Assembly: GCF_963921235.1 (NCBI RefSeq)
Contig: NC_086118.1
Coordinates: forward strand, 26,476,001-26,540,000
Length of the DNA: 64,000 bases
Source of the DNA: Mobula hypostoma
Taxonomy: Eukaryota
Direction of reading: 5' to 3'
The position numbers and the translations under genes are program-made. Position 1 is the stretch's first letter, and every line of letters begins with the position of its first letter. This document shows, piece by piece, positions 13,585 through 26,679 of the stretch. The notes beneath the pieces were generated by a model, which had not been told where the DNA came from, did no database searches, and saw nothing but the letters and a program-made list of their open reading frames with translations.

Positions 13585-14032
13585 CAGAATCAGAATCAGC
13601 TTTATTATCCCTTGTTAAATGATGAAAATGTGTTGGTTTGCAGCAGCAGTACAGTGTGCAGGCATAAAACACTACAAATTACAAAATAAATAAATAGTGC
13701 AGAAAAACAAAGGGATGAGTTCTTGGACCATTCAGAAATCTGATGGTGGAAGGGAAGAAGCTGTTTCTGAATTGCTGACTGTTGGTCGTCTGGCACCTGT
13801 ACCGAGTCCCTGATGGTAGTAACTAAAAGAGGACATGTCCAAAATGAAGCAGGCCCTCAGGGATGGAGAACTCATTCCTGAGGCACCACCTTTTGAAAAT
13901 ATCCTCGACGGTGGGGAACATTGTGTGCGATGCAGCTGGCTGACTCCATAACCCTTTTCAGCTTCTAGTGATCCTGTGCATTGGAGGCTCCCTACCAGCT
14001 GGTGATGCAACTAGTGAGAATGTTCTCCACAT
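13585..14032 (-). mobile_element. Rex1/Babar-type LINE 3' fragment
   Basis: (cagaat)n tail and tttatt on the plus strand; decayed ORF2 C-terminal sequence. Confidence 0.65.
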
Positions 14033-15151
14033 ATGTTAGTTTCTTCACCAGCCGAGCAAAAAATTACCAAGAAATCTGAAATATGACTGGATCAATCAAC
14101 ACCTGCAAGAAAAAAGGTCTTTGGCCAACCTGCCCACTGTGCAATACTAGCTTCAACGAAAAGCATGCCAAAATGCCTGAAAATCTGAACAATGTCCTTT
14201 ATCTGAGAAAGGAAGTCAGTGAAGGACCTCACTGATGAAACTTTCCATCATCCAGAAATGCACCAATCCTGGTTAACTGAGCTAAACAAGTGCTTGAAGA
14301 CAAAGGGTTCAATCCTGACACAAATCTCATGGTTGACTCCGCCAGAGTGATTCCCGCCCCCCCCCCCCACCTCCCACCTCCCAATTGGTTCTGAGACCTG
14401 CAGCAGGAACCGGGAGGATGCCACAAATCTGCCTCTACCAGATACTCTAAATGCACAGGAACTTTAAGGAAACAGTATCATCCAGGCCTACATTTCCAGA
14501 ACTAAACCAATTATATTCAGATAGTTGCATTTGCAATCCTGTCATTCACATATCCAGATTTACGAAAAAGAGGTTCATTTCCAAGTTAGGAAGAGGTCAT
14601 CAGGAAAGCAGTGGGGAAAAAAATTCAATATTCTTAAGCCTCCTTTGAAAAAGAATGCACCAACTCCTCAGACCCCTTGAACTGTTGCAAATGGTGAAAG
14701 TAGTATCAAGAAGCTTAAGTCTATGCAACAGGAGGACAGTAATGGAAAAAAAACTTGTACATCATCTTACAAACTATCCGTCTGCTTATTTCTTCGGGTA
14801 TCACCAGGCCCATCTGTGGAAAACTTTTCAGTTCCCACAAAGGCCTCATCAGTCACCTCAGAACCCACGAGATTAGAATGAAAGCGAGTCGTTCTTGATC
14901 CCAAATCACCGCCAAAGAAGAATCAGCTGGCTGAGTAACTGAAGTAACTAAATCAAAGCAAACCACTATACCATTTGCTGGAGAAAGGACTGTGTCTCAC
15001 ACAGCCTGCTTCCAGCTCACTGAATGATACAGCAATAAGAATAAATCTTCTGTAGTAGAAAAAATATTTGGACCTGAACTAATATAAATTCAGCATGTTG
15101 CATCAAAATAGAACTGCAGGCATTTTACCGATATCCCACTTTTAAATAATA

Positions 15152-15795
15152 CAATGGATTCCAGTTAATTGGGCCATTGGTTAAACAGGGCAGCTGCTTA
15201 TTTGGGACAACTCTTAAAGAGAAAAAACTAATTGAGAAAATAGCTGAGGGTCCCTTTGTTTATTTGTTTATTTGAGACACTACACCAGACTGGGTCTGGA
15301 GATTGCTTCCAAACAGTTTCTAACTCATCTCAGTCATGTGCCCCTTCATGGCCGTCAGACACAAAAGCAAAAAGTTTTTAAATAGTGTCAGTTGTGTGTG
15401 TTTGTGTTAAAAATGCAGTAATTTTTTTTTGTCAATGATAGATGGGAAGAAATAAGGAATAAGATGATTCAGAACTGTTTTGCTCACTTTCGTTTTAAGC
15501 ATTTAGGCTTGGAGATGCCAGAAACAGCCATGAGTGAACATGAAATAATTTCACTACTTCAACAAGTTAGACACAACAAAGAATTTGAAGGTATCGACAA
15601 TCATCTTGAATGTTACATTTGATCTGGTGGAGCAATCGTCAACAGCAATGTCTGAAGGCAGTCCATTTTCTGCACTAGGTGTCTTGCGCTCATTTTGTTC
15701 ATTTACATATAGAACGCAACATAATAATTCCTCCGTCAATTAGTATTAGAAACTAATACACAGTTTTATAGTACTGCAGTAGTATTGGTAGTGAA
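15152..15795. mobile_element. Tigger/pogo-like non-autonomous DNA element, copy 1 (one end missing)
   Basis: Begins TA-CA(A)TGGATTCCAGTTAATTGGGCCATTGG and aligns along its length with 17148-17770. Confidence 0.65.
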
Positions 15796-16389
15796 TGGGA
15801 AACAGCATTGTCCTTCAGTTGTATGACTGAGATTACAAATTAACTGCACCAAGCTGAGAACACAATGACGAATATGAGAAAATTCCATAGACAGACCGCA
15901 CTGTATCCTAGCATGGTTGCAGATCACCACAATAAGCTGCTGAGTGAGAGCTCCTGCATTGCTACTCTTCACAGTTAATTCAACAGAATTGCAGAATACT
16001 AATTCACATGTGGATCATCTCATCTAAGTTCCGCTCAATTCTCTTCATTGGAAATATTTTCAAAAACAATTAATCTATTATTTACAATGTATATTTCAAA
16101 TTATTAGCTAACTTACACATCTTCAATACAATATAAAAGGAAACTTTTTGAAGCATATGGAGTGGACTGCATCCTAATACACAGTAAATACGTTACCCTC
16201 TGCACTGTTTCTATATGGTCAGAGCCTATTGGTGTAACAGTGGTGGTTTCAAATGTCTTTAGGCCAAATTACTGCCAATGCAATGCATATTCCTCAGAAG
16301 TACATTTTAAGTCCTCTTTGACAAAGTTTCTGACTATTTTCTGCAGCATTTTTGCCATGACACCTACAGTGTGCCTTTTTTGATAACAT

Positions 16390-16730
16390 TATTACCATTA
16401 TTAGGTGTAGCAGGGATCTTCACAGTTGTAGTTGCATTCTCCCTTTCAAACGGGCATAGAAGGCGTTGAGTTCATCTGGTAGTAAAGCATCGCTATCATT
16501 CATGCTATTGGGTTTTGCTTTGGTGGAAGTAATGTAATGTCTTGCAAGCCCTGCCAGAGTTGTTGTGTATCTGACGTCGCCTCCAACCTCATTCAAAATT
16601 GTCTCTTTGCCCTTGAAATAGCCCTCGGCAGATCATACCTGGTTTTCTGGTACAGGCCTGGATCACCAGACTTGAATGCCTTCAGCAGACGATGTACCTC
16701 CTGGTTCATCCATGGCTTTTGGTTTAGGAA
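16390..16730 (-). mobile_element. Rex1/Babar-type LINE internal fragment
   Basis: Minus strand FLNQKPWMNQEVHRLLKAFKSGDPGLYQKTRYDL.RAISRAKRQF ... LWQGLQDIT ... LPDELNAFYAR, the typical region upstream of the RT. Confidence 0.75.
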
Positions 16731-17133
16731 TGTACAGCCTTTTCTCCTTGGAGCGACAGAGGATGAGGGGTGACCTGATAGAGGTGTATAAGATGATGAG
16801 AGGCATTGATCACGTGGACAGTCAGAGGCTTTTTCCCAGGGCTGAAATGGTTGCCACAAGAGGACACAGGTTTAAGGTGCTGGGGAGTAGGTACAGAGGA
16901 GATGTCAGGGGTAAGTTTTTTACTCAGAGAGTGGTGAGTGCATGGAATGGGCTGCCAGCAACGGTGGCGGAGGCAGATACGATAGGGTCTTTTAAGGGAC
17001 TTTTGGATAGGTACATGGAGCTTAGAAAAATAGCGGGCTATAATTTCCTGGTAATTTCTACGGTAGGGGTAAGTTCGGCACAACTTAGTGGGCCGAAGGG
17101 CCTGTATTGTGCTGTAGGGTTTCTATGTTTCTA
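16731..17133 (+). mobile_element. Young CR1-clade LINE 3' fragment
   Basis: Open frame LFSLERQRMRGDLIEVYKMMRGIDHVDSQRLFP...WNGLP; (ttctatgt)n tail. Confidence 0.88.
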
Positions 17134-17147
17134 TTAGAAAGCATATA

Positions 17148-17770
17148 CAGTGGATTCCAGTTAATTGGGCCATTGGTTAATAGGGGCAGTCGCTTATTTG
17201 GGACAACTTGTAAAGAACAAAATCTAATCGAGAAAATAGTCAAGATTCCCTTCGCTGACTTGATATACTATACAATTTAATTAGGACAGGAGACTGTTGC
17301 CGAACAGTTTCTAACTAGCATCAATCATCTGCACTTGCGTGGCCGTTGAAAACCACTTTCTACTTAGAGTGAACAGTTTTTGAATAGTGCCAGTTCCGTG
17401 TGTTTGTGTTCAAAAAGCAGTGATTTTTCTCACTGATATTTGGTGAGAAATAATCAGGAAGGCAATTCAGAACAGTTTTGCTTCCTGCGGTTTCAAGCAT
17501 TCGGACCTGGAGATGCCAGAATCTAAAGGTATTGAAAGTTACAATGAAAATGAAGATTGGTAGGATGCAATCATCTAAAGTATTGTATGAAGGTAGTCCA
17601 TTATCTGCACTAGGTGTCTGTACTGATTTTGTTCATTTACAGTCAAATAAAAGAATACAGCAGCGTTCACTGTACACTGGATGAATTCCTCCATTGATAA
17701 CCATGAGGAACTACAGTTTTATAGTACTGAGTAAGTACTGTAATAATCTTAGAGTTCTAATTTGTTTTGC
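17148..17770. mobile_element. Tigger/pogo-like non-autonomous DNA element, copy 2
   Basis: Begins TA-CAGTGGATTCCAGTTAATTGGGCCATTGG; same orientation as and homologous to 15152-15795. Confidence 0.65.
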
Positions 17771-17774
17771 GTGT

Positions 17775-18880
17775 GTTCCCCATGCAAGGCTCCTTCAGAA
17801 AGTAAGGAGGCATGGGATCCAAGGAGACCTTGCTTTGTGGATCTAGAATTGAAGACACAGGGTGGCTATAGATGGTTCGTATTCTATATGGAAGTCTATA
17901 TGGGATCTGTTCTAGGACCCCTCCTCTTTGTGATTCTTATAAATGACCTGGATGAAAAAGTAGAAGTGTGGATTAGTAAGTTCGCTGATGACACAAAGAT
18001 TGGGGGTGTTGTGGATAGTCTGGAGGGTTGTCAAAGCTTACAGCGGGACATCGATAGGATGCAGAACTGGGCTGAGAAGTGGCAGATCGACTTCAACCCA
18101 GGAAATTAAGAAGTGGTTCATTTTGGTAGGTCAAATTTGAAGACAGTATACAATATTAATGGTAAGACTCTTACTCTTGGCAGTGTGGACGATCTGAGAG
18201 AATTTGGGGTCCATGTCCATAGGACACTCAAAGCTGCTGCACAGGTTGACAGTGTTGTTAAAAAGGTGTATGGTGTGTTGGCATTCATCAACCATGGGAT
18301 TAAGTTCAAGAGCAGTAAGGTAATGTTACAGCTATATAAGACCTTAGTCAGACCCCACTTGGAGTACTGTGTTCAGTTCTGGTCACCTCACTAAAGTAAG
18401 GATGTGGATACTATTGAGAGAGTGCAGAGAAGAGTTACAAGATGTTGCCTGGTTTGGAGGGAGTACCTTTCGAGAATAGGTTGAGTGAACTTGGCTTTTT
18501 CTTCTTGGAGCGACTGAGGATGAGAGGTGACCCGAAAGAGGTGTATAAGATGATGAGGGGCAGAGGGTTTTTCCCACGGCTGAAAGGGCTAACATGAGGG
18601 GGCATAGTTTTAAGGTACTTGGAAATAGGTACAGAGGGGATGCAGGGTTAAGTTTTTCACACAGATAGTGGTGTGTGTGTGGAATACACTGCCGGTGGCA
18701 GTGGTGGAAGCAGATACAATAGGGTCTTTTAAGAGCCTCTCAGATAGGTATATGCTTAGTAAAATAGAGGGCTATTCAGTAGGGAAATTCTAGGCAGTTT
18801 CTAGAGTAGGTTACATGGTCAGCACAATATTATGGGCCAAAGGCCCTATAATGTGCTGTAGATTTCTATGTTCTATGCTC
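17775..18880 (+). mobile_element. CR1-clade LINE, RT through 3' end
   Basis: GSVLGPLLFVILINDLD...ISKFADDTKIGG...LQRDIDRMQNWAEKWQIDFN; LYKTLVRPHLEYCVQFWSP; (ttctatg)n tail. Confidence 0.9.
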
Positions 18881-18884
18881 TAAC

Positions 18885-20570
18885 TTGAAAATGAGTTTAG
18901 TTATGCATAGCGAAGAAGGTTGTCAAAGATACAATAGGGTTAGGTCAGTTGGAAACTGGGGCAGAGAATTGGCAGAAGGAGTTTAATGCAGGCAAGTGAA
19001 AGGTGTTGCCTATTAGAAAGTCAAGTGTATGAAGAAAGTGCACAGTAAATGGCAGGATTTTTAGCAGCACTGATGAGATCGTGGGATGCAATACCAGAGC
19101 TCCTTGCAAGCACCAATACGAGTTGATAGGGTGGTAAAGTAGATAAATAGCATGTCTGCCCTCATTGCTTGGGGCACTGGGAGTGCACTGAGTAGAAATT
19201 CAGGAAGTTGTATTGCTGCTCTAGAATACTTTAATTTGGCCTCACTTGGAGCACTGTGCAAATGCTGGTTGCCATACTAAAGGAAGGATGTGGAGATTTC
19301 GGACAAGGTATAGAAGAGAACTATCAGGACTGGAAGAAAGCTCTTGGCCATGAAATGTTGTCTAATCATTTCACTCTACAGATATTGCTTGACCTGCTGA
19401 GTTTCTCCAGCATTTTGTGTGTGTGGCTCCCGTTTACACTAGGGAGTCTGAGACTGAGAGGCACCGTTATTTAAGTTTATAAGATGAAAGGCATAGATAG
19501 TCAAAGACTTTGTCACCAGCGCAATAAAGGTCATATACCGGAGAGAGGTTTAAGATGAGAAGGGGAAAGTTTAAAGGAGATGTGCAATGCAACAATGAGT
19601 AGGTTCCTGAAATGCACTGCCAAAGAAGGTAATAGTAACATGATAGGGATGTTTAATAAGAGGCACCGAAACCCCTTTTTACTGGACATCTCTGGAAATG
19701 TGGCTCATTAGCCCCTCGCTAACAGCCACTGGTCTCTGTAGCGAGAAACCCACCTTTCTCAAGATATACATCTTGGGTGTATATGACTTGTGTCCCGCCA
19801 AACCTGTGAGGTTGGGATGTCTCACCCATCGAAACCCCGGTTTGTGTGAATGTTGTGTGATGTACTGCCCCCTGCAATCGTCCGTCGGCAAGAAACAACA
19901 GATCGTACACTGCATACAATTATAAAGGGAATATATTTATGAATGTTAACTTAGCCAGAGAGTTACTAAAGGAAATCAAGAAAAAAACAAAAAGGGATCA
20001 TGATAATTAAAGAGTCAAATGTGCACTTAAGTTGGAGCTTAGCTTGAACTTGTCTGTAACTTCACGCGCTGGACCCTCGGTCTGCGCGAAAGCACACACT
20101 ACTTTCCGGATGTCGCTCAAAATCCACCTCAAACAAACGGCTCTCACGGAGAGTACTGGTCCTTCCTCTTTGAAGCCATTCATCTACACAAAGCACTTTT
20201 GTGCAACAGGGACAGCATCCTCAGCCATCTTCACTCCTGCCTTCTCCCAGCTCCCACCCAAAAAGACCTCGACCCACACCAGTGTCTCCCACGGAAACTC
20301 TCCACGAACGTTCCTAAATTGAACAACAAAGCCCTTTATCTTAGCTCAAACCCAACCAGGCTGAAGGCAGAACAGACTGCTCTTACAGAACCGCTGGAAT
20401 GAAATACCTGCAGTGTACCAGGGCGTTACAGCACTTATGTAGATGAGGCAAGAAACAGAAGGGCACTGACTGTATGCAGGCAGATGGGATTAGTTTAGGT
20501 TGGCACAATGGTCAGCACAGATATCGTGGGCTGTAGGGCCTCGTCCTATACTGTACTGTTTTGTTCCAAT
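18885..20570 (+). mobile_element. Older CR1 fragment interrupted by a pLTR piece (~19330-19430) and a solo LTR
   Basis: Decayed CR1 C-terminal sequence resumes on both sides of the insertions (aagaggcac ... gcacttatgtagat). Confidence 0.65.
19667..20430 (-). mobile_element. Solo LTR, 764 bp, 4-bp TSD
   Basis: TSD GCAC at 19663-19666 and 20431-20434; the minus strand starts TGTAACGCCCTGG; the other end is TG mutated to CG; homologous to 22667-23422. Confidence 0.85.
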
Positions 20571-22666
20571 CAATTACCTCAAACAAGATTAATCCATATT
20601 ATTAATATTAGTCCATACTGGGTCAAACGGCCTAATTCTGCTTCTATGTCTTATGGTCTTAGAGGAGGGGTATTAAAAGGATCAGCTGTGATTGAATGGT
20701 GGAACAGACTCAATGGGCCAAATGGCCTAATTCTGCTCCTATGCCTTATGGTGTTATTAGCTTGTAATTTAACATGTTAAACCGCAAATGTATTGTATGA
20801 ATGTGTAAAATATCCTTCTATAAATCCAGGAACATCAGTGTGAGATAAGACAGATTTTCATTTATTGTTGTGGTTAGAATCAAATGATTCATCATATGTC
20901 CATGCAGGTTAGTAACAGGATTAGATGTTAATGTCATGCTGCAGGTCAATTTAATGACAACAACAGAAGGTACTGGATCAAATTTTATCGTTATGACACA
21001 AGTGATGTACATTTTTCCATTTAAGCATCAAGATATTCAGAAGCCAAACTTGTTCATCAAGTTCCACTGTCAATTTCCCAGCCACAGCAAACCTGTAGCA
21101 GCCCTGATCTTCTGCAGGAACAGTAAACCTTGGTGAACGGCTGAGAGAAAGAACACTGAACATGATTTAAGTTACATTTTCTTGAAATATTTGAATTTGC
21201 TTTAATGTTTTGATCATTTAAAATTGTTGAAAGTGTGTTTTTCTTCCACATTGTAGTTGTTTAATCGTTTTCTCATAGTTTTTAAACGTTTCTGAATGGC
21301 TGCAACATTCACAGACATTTAGGCTGCTTGATATATTGACAGCTAGCAAAGCAAAGTGTACTGGCTTTGCCACCTGACACAGACTGATATCATTCTTCTG
21401 CCTTCCTCTTCTCTCCACTTGATGAAATTGCTTTCCACAAGGCCTTGATGCTCTGAGGAACCTCAATATTTTGAATCAGAAAGTTAACATTAGGAATCTC
21501 TGGAAAATGCTCAGGTACAGTAAGTATCTTGGTAGCAAATAAGGGCTTCTAGTATCTGGCAGCAGCAAGTATGGCCCAATCACTAAGCACCAACATAGAC
21601 AGAGTTAGCATAGAAAAGGGCCCTTCAGCCAACTGATCTACACCAACCAAGATTCCCATCAAAACTGTCCCACTTGCCCATGTCTGGCCTATATCCTTCC
21701 CCTATCCATGAACCTGTCTAAGTACCTTTGAAATATTGTTTCTTATACAGCATAATAGTACTTAAGTTATGTTGGTAAGTTAATATAGATTGACTAGGAT
21801 TTCCTTTGAATGACAAGTTGTCCATGCTTAAGCACGCTCCTACCTGTTAGTTCCGCACTTACCAATTACAGGTCACCTACTGGAAACTTTAACATTAAAC
21901 TTGCTCTAAACCAATCAACAACTTCCTCCTTAGAACAGGACCTTCTGGAAACAAATCTCACAGAAAAGCTTTGACAACCAGCACAGACACACACCTGACC
22001 GAACTCGCTGTCAAACAACCTCATCATTTAGAAACATATTCCACACTCCATGCAGGTCTGGCAAAAGAACATATGGAAATAGGAGGTGTTGGCCCTCCAC
22101 AATCACGACTGAACTGCCCTAGATCGCACCTCGTCATTCATGCCAGTTCCAAACAGCACGTAGTTCCTTGGTCTTTCAAAAGCACTAAAGACAAGTAAAT
22201 CAAAGACATAATTAACAATCTAAAACCAAAAAAAGACTGCTGATATTGGAAATGTAAGATAAAGACAGAAATTACTGAAAATGTTCAGCCAGTCAGGCAG
22301 CATCTGTGGAGAAAGAAACTAACTTAGTACTTCAGGTGAATGACCCTTCATCATGACACTCCTCAAACATCATTTGATGTTTGCAGTTAGGACTTGGTAT
22401 GCACTACAATATATTTCATTGATAGTTTTCAAAGAGACAGATCAAAGATTTAAGGCAAACTTGGCAAATGAGACAAACTGAATTGCTTTTCGCTTCAAAT
22501 TCTAAAATCCCTCCTTCAGTGACACACTACTAACACAAACAGAAGAAATGACAAGTCCATTTGCCTTCTTGGAACTGATTTGCTACTCTATGAAATTAAG
22601 GAAGATTTTCTACTTATTGAAAATTTCCCAAATTAAACTCAAATCCTTTCATAAATATGTTTATAG

Positions 22667-23422
22667 TGAAGCCCCCTCACCGGGCATGTATAGAAACTTG
22701 TCTTGTTGGCTGACTCTGCTAACAGCCACTGGACTCAGTGGTGAGAAAGCCATCTTTCTCAAACAATGTACATCTAGGGTTGTTATGATTTGAGTCCCAC
22801 CAAACCGGAAAATCGGGATGTTTCGACTAACGAACCCCCGATTTGAGGCAAATGCTGTGTAAATGCTGCCCATATGCAACTATCCAAGAAATAACAGATC
22901 GTCCACCATATACAATTATAAAGAATGTGTATTTACTAATTTCAGCTTAATCAAACAGTTATTAATTGGAAAAGGAAAAGAGAAAAAAAATAAAAGGTTT
23001 CATTATAGTTAAACCAGTCTAAATGTGCACAGTGTTGGAGCTCATATCTTCCAAAAGCTGGTTGTCCCTTACTCACGGCACTGACTCCTATTCACCAATC
23101 ATCAGTTGAACTTCCCATCTTGGACTCCATCGAATCGTGCCTTCCCATCGGATCAGATCCTATGGGCATCTCTCCCAAACTTCTCCTCTCTCCATCTCCT
23201 ATCAAAAGACCACGAACTCCACCAGTGTCCATCACTAATCGCTCTCCACCTGGCTTCCTCGAGAACCTTTTCCCATTTGTAGTATTCCTAAGTTGACCAT
23301 CACAGCCGCTTACCTTTAACTGAAGCCCAAACACTACCAGCAGGAGACACTGCTTCTACAGAAAGCTACAAAATGAAATACCCCACAGCATTAGCAGTAA
23401 AAATCTTAACCAGGGCATTATA
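22667..23422 (-). mobile_element. Solo LTR, 756 bp, related subfamily, 4-bp TSD
   Basis: TSD ATAG at 22663-22666 and 23423-23426; TGAAGCCCC ... CCAGGGCATTATA; shares blocks such as gctaacagccactgg and ctttctcaa with 19667-20430. Confidence 0.85.
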
Positions 23423-23439
23423 ATAGTATTTGTAAACCT

Positions 23440-23830
23440 ATCAATGTATCATGAAATATATTCAGCAACTCAATTTTCACCACTCTCAGCTGAATTCCGA
23501 AGAGTTATTATTTTCTGGCTGAAGAAATTTCTTCTCATCTGTTTCCTAATGTGAGATTGTGACCCTTGTTTTAAGTTCCTTATCTGGTGAACCTTGTAAA
23601 AGTTCCAGTGGGATCTCATTCTTCTAATATTGGCCTGAATTGCTCCTCATACAACAACTCCTTTCTCTATACCACCTGCCCATCACTTCCCATCCAACCC
23701 CACAGCCTGGGAATCAATATGGTGAAACCATGCTGCACTCCTGTATTTCAAGTATATACTTCCTTGGGTAGGGAGATCAGACTTGTATGTACAATTACAA
23801 ATGTGATCTCTCTGGGAACCAATGTAATTG
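23440..23830 (-). mobile_element. Old CR1 fragment
   Basis: gaagaaatttcttctcatct ... cctgggaatcaatatggtgaaacc resemble the reverse complement of CR1 C-terminal sequence. Confidence 0.55.
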
Positions 23831-24451
23831 GAGAATGACATCCTCTAGAATCATCGCTTAATTACCTGATGGATTCAAGTTTATCTCCAATATCTTGGTG
23901 ATCAAACAGTCAATTCACACATGTTGGCACAAAAATAAGGGCTGGGAGCGCCTGGCACCTGTTCATCCAAAGCCATATCTTTGGATATGGGAAGTAAATT
24001 TAGAGAGAATGGTTCTCACAAACACCGACATTTCTGTGCATGACAAGTAAAACTGCTCCCTGGACAAATATATGTAATGGTATTGGCAAATAAATTACTC
24101 AAATGTGACCTCTAGAAGACTAACTAATGTTTTATTAAGACCAAAATGGGAAATATCAGACAAAAATCAAGAATTGTCTAAAAATACACGTGTTGTTGAT
24201 TTTATGTAAATACTAATTTTTGCTAGTGCAGATGTCTAGAGCAATTATAACTATGCCAGCACACTGATGTTTTGTGAAGAAAAATTCTGCCCTGGCATTT
24301 TTGAACATATTAACTCCATTTAAAATTTCTTCTCTGCAATATTCAAAATTCATGTAAAGGACCAGGAGTTCACTAATCCTGCCCGATGCAGCATTGAGTG
24401 TTTAGTAATCCTGTACTTCAGACAAAAATACATGCATTTGGTATAAAAGGC

Positions 24452-24660
24452 TGGTATCTGTAATGATGATGATCTAGTTCACTGAATTCCCTCAGGGAAG
24501 GAACTTCGCCATCCTTTGGCATACAGTAAATGAGACTCCAGTCTCACCAATGTGGTATTCTTTCAGTGAGGCTCCCTAAAATAGCCTAATTGACCATTCA
24601 GTTCAAGGGACACTGAGAACAATAATAAATGCTGATCTTGCCATGAAATAATATATAACC
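24452..24660 (+). mobile_element. Old SINE-like repeat fragment
   Basis: agggaaggaac...gactccag...aatgtgg...cattcagttcaaggg...aataaatgctg resembles a common elasmobranch SINE body and tail (recognition only). Confidence 0.45.
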
Positions 24661-24923
24661 AATAAAAACCTGCCTGCCTGTTCAAGTTGATATTAATGAT
24701 ACCCTCGCCGCTTAACAGAACAGCTAGCATCATTCCCTCAGCAACCACCATAAAATAATTAATGAACGTTTACTTCATAACTGTTTGCTGAGAAAGTAAG
24801 TCTTTTAAAAAATCTTTCAATAATGTGTGAAAGCACACTCAATAAATGTAACTACTTTTCTCTGTCCATACTTGTTAAAGTTCTGATTAAAATACAATAA
24901 CAGATGAATATGTCACTTTAAAA

Positions 24924-25113
24924 CAGGGGTTAGCAACCTTTTTGTCTCTGTGGGCTGGATCGCGTATTAATGAGCGAACGGTGGGCCAGATAAATGCCAT
25001 AAAAAACTTGAAATATGGGAATTATCCTTTAAATACATCTAGTTATGTTTTGCCTCAAATTAATGAATAACACATGCTAGAAAATCATTTGTGCTTAAGG
25101 TTGCCTACCCCTG
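24924..25113. mobile_element. hAT-type MITE, 190 bp
   Basis: TIRs CAGGGGTTAGCAACCTT ... AAGGTTGCCTACCCCTG; an 8-bp TSD is not evident. Confidence 0.75.
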
Positions 25114-26679
25114 CAAACAAACTGCATAGTTTATCTCATTTGAGTAATTTGCAATGCATCAAACTACAAAAGAGCAATGTGTAACTTATCAAATTTTGGA
25201 AGCCATTCTAATCAAACTGAAGAATTAAGTTTCATATACAGCATTTGAATTTAAGAGAGAAATATCAAAGAGGGTGGGGGGGGGTCCTTTGCATCTCTGC
25301 ATTGGGGAGAAGACAGGAGAAAGGGTTGAGAGGGATAATAAATCAGACATGATGGTATGGCAGAGCAGATTTGATGGGCCGAATGTCTTAATTCTTCTCC
25401 TAAGTAGTATGGTCTTATCTCCCAAGAAGTTGAAGCTGGAAATGCATGTACATCCCTAATTCATTTTCAACTACTCAAGCACCATGTACATTTCATCAGC
25501 TCACTTCACCAATGAATTATTGACAAATTGTCTCCATTGTTGTAAAAAGTTTCAATTCCTTCAGTAAAACCAAAAGGCAATTCTACATTACATTTACTCA
25601 TTAGTCAATGAACTGATTCAGAATCTAACAGTCTTTATCTGTTAATAACATTAATAGCAGGGCCATAAAATCTTACATTATCCTGGGTTAGCATCTTCCG
25701 CATTAAATTATTTCAAAGCACTTGATATTGTTAAATTCTTTTAAACCATAATGACATTTGTTTTGTACAGAAAACTTCATCCGTTGTCCATTTACAATTA
25801 ATGACTACTTAATCTATATGTCTGACATTAATTGAGAAAGAAATATTGGCCAGGTCACAAAAGGTTATTTCATTTCTAGATCCACTGCAATTAAGAAGCC
25901 TTCATCACTTTTGCTCAGCAAGCATTATCACCGCTTTGCCATTCCATATCTGTAGGTCTGCACTCTATCACAGGTGCTCCCTTTGTTCTTTCACCACTAC
26001 CTCATTCTCCACAACAAAATCAACTTTTATTCCTAACTTTTCCTGGTTCAGATAAAGGATCACTGGCCTGAAACGTTGACCATTCCAAGCAGCACCGACA
26101 ATTCCTGGCCTGGTGAGCACTTCAAATGTTTTCTGCTTATATTTCATAAAATATCAACAACGTTCATCAGAAAAGACATTACAGGAGTTCCCCATAGTGC
26201 CCGGAACCTCCAAGTGTTGCAAACTAATCCCTGTAACATAAAGTCTAACAGGAGGCAGATCAAATGGCCTACAGCTAACATGACTTCACTGTGGAAGTAG
26301 TTTGATGAAGATGTTAACCAAATTCTGGAGGCAACGGCAAAGAGAGGGGTTGATAGGAAGCTGCAAGCCATGACAACAATTATCGTCAGTATCGCAGCTG
26401 AACGGTTTGGAGAAGAGGAGAAGGAAGGCTCCAAAACATCTTACTCAAAGAACCAAAGAGCATCGAGGATCCACAACATCCAGCAGGAGATGAAAGCACT
26501 GTAAGTCCCAATACAAGGAGGCAGGAGAAGAGGAGCGCATTGGCTTGGCCCAGCTGATGTGCATACTATGAAAGAAGATCAGGGTCCTCCGCCGGGCAGA
26601 GTGGCATCGGAGGCGGCGTCGTGAAAGGGCCTGAAAACGTGCTGCCTTTATCGCCAACCCCTTCAAGTTCACCAAGGAG

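Noticed and set aside
15152..17770. Composite transposon or segmental duplication bounded by two ~630-bp repeats
   Set aside because: The repeats are direct, diverged copies of a DNA element, each missing one end; independent insertions explain them.
19667..23422. One LTR retroelement with paired LTRs and a 2.2-kb interior
   Set aside because: Each LTR has its own TSD, they are clearly diverged, and the interior continues the CR1 and host sequence with no PBS, gag or pol.
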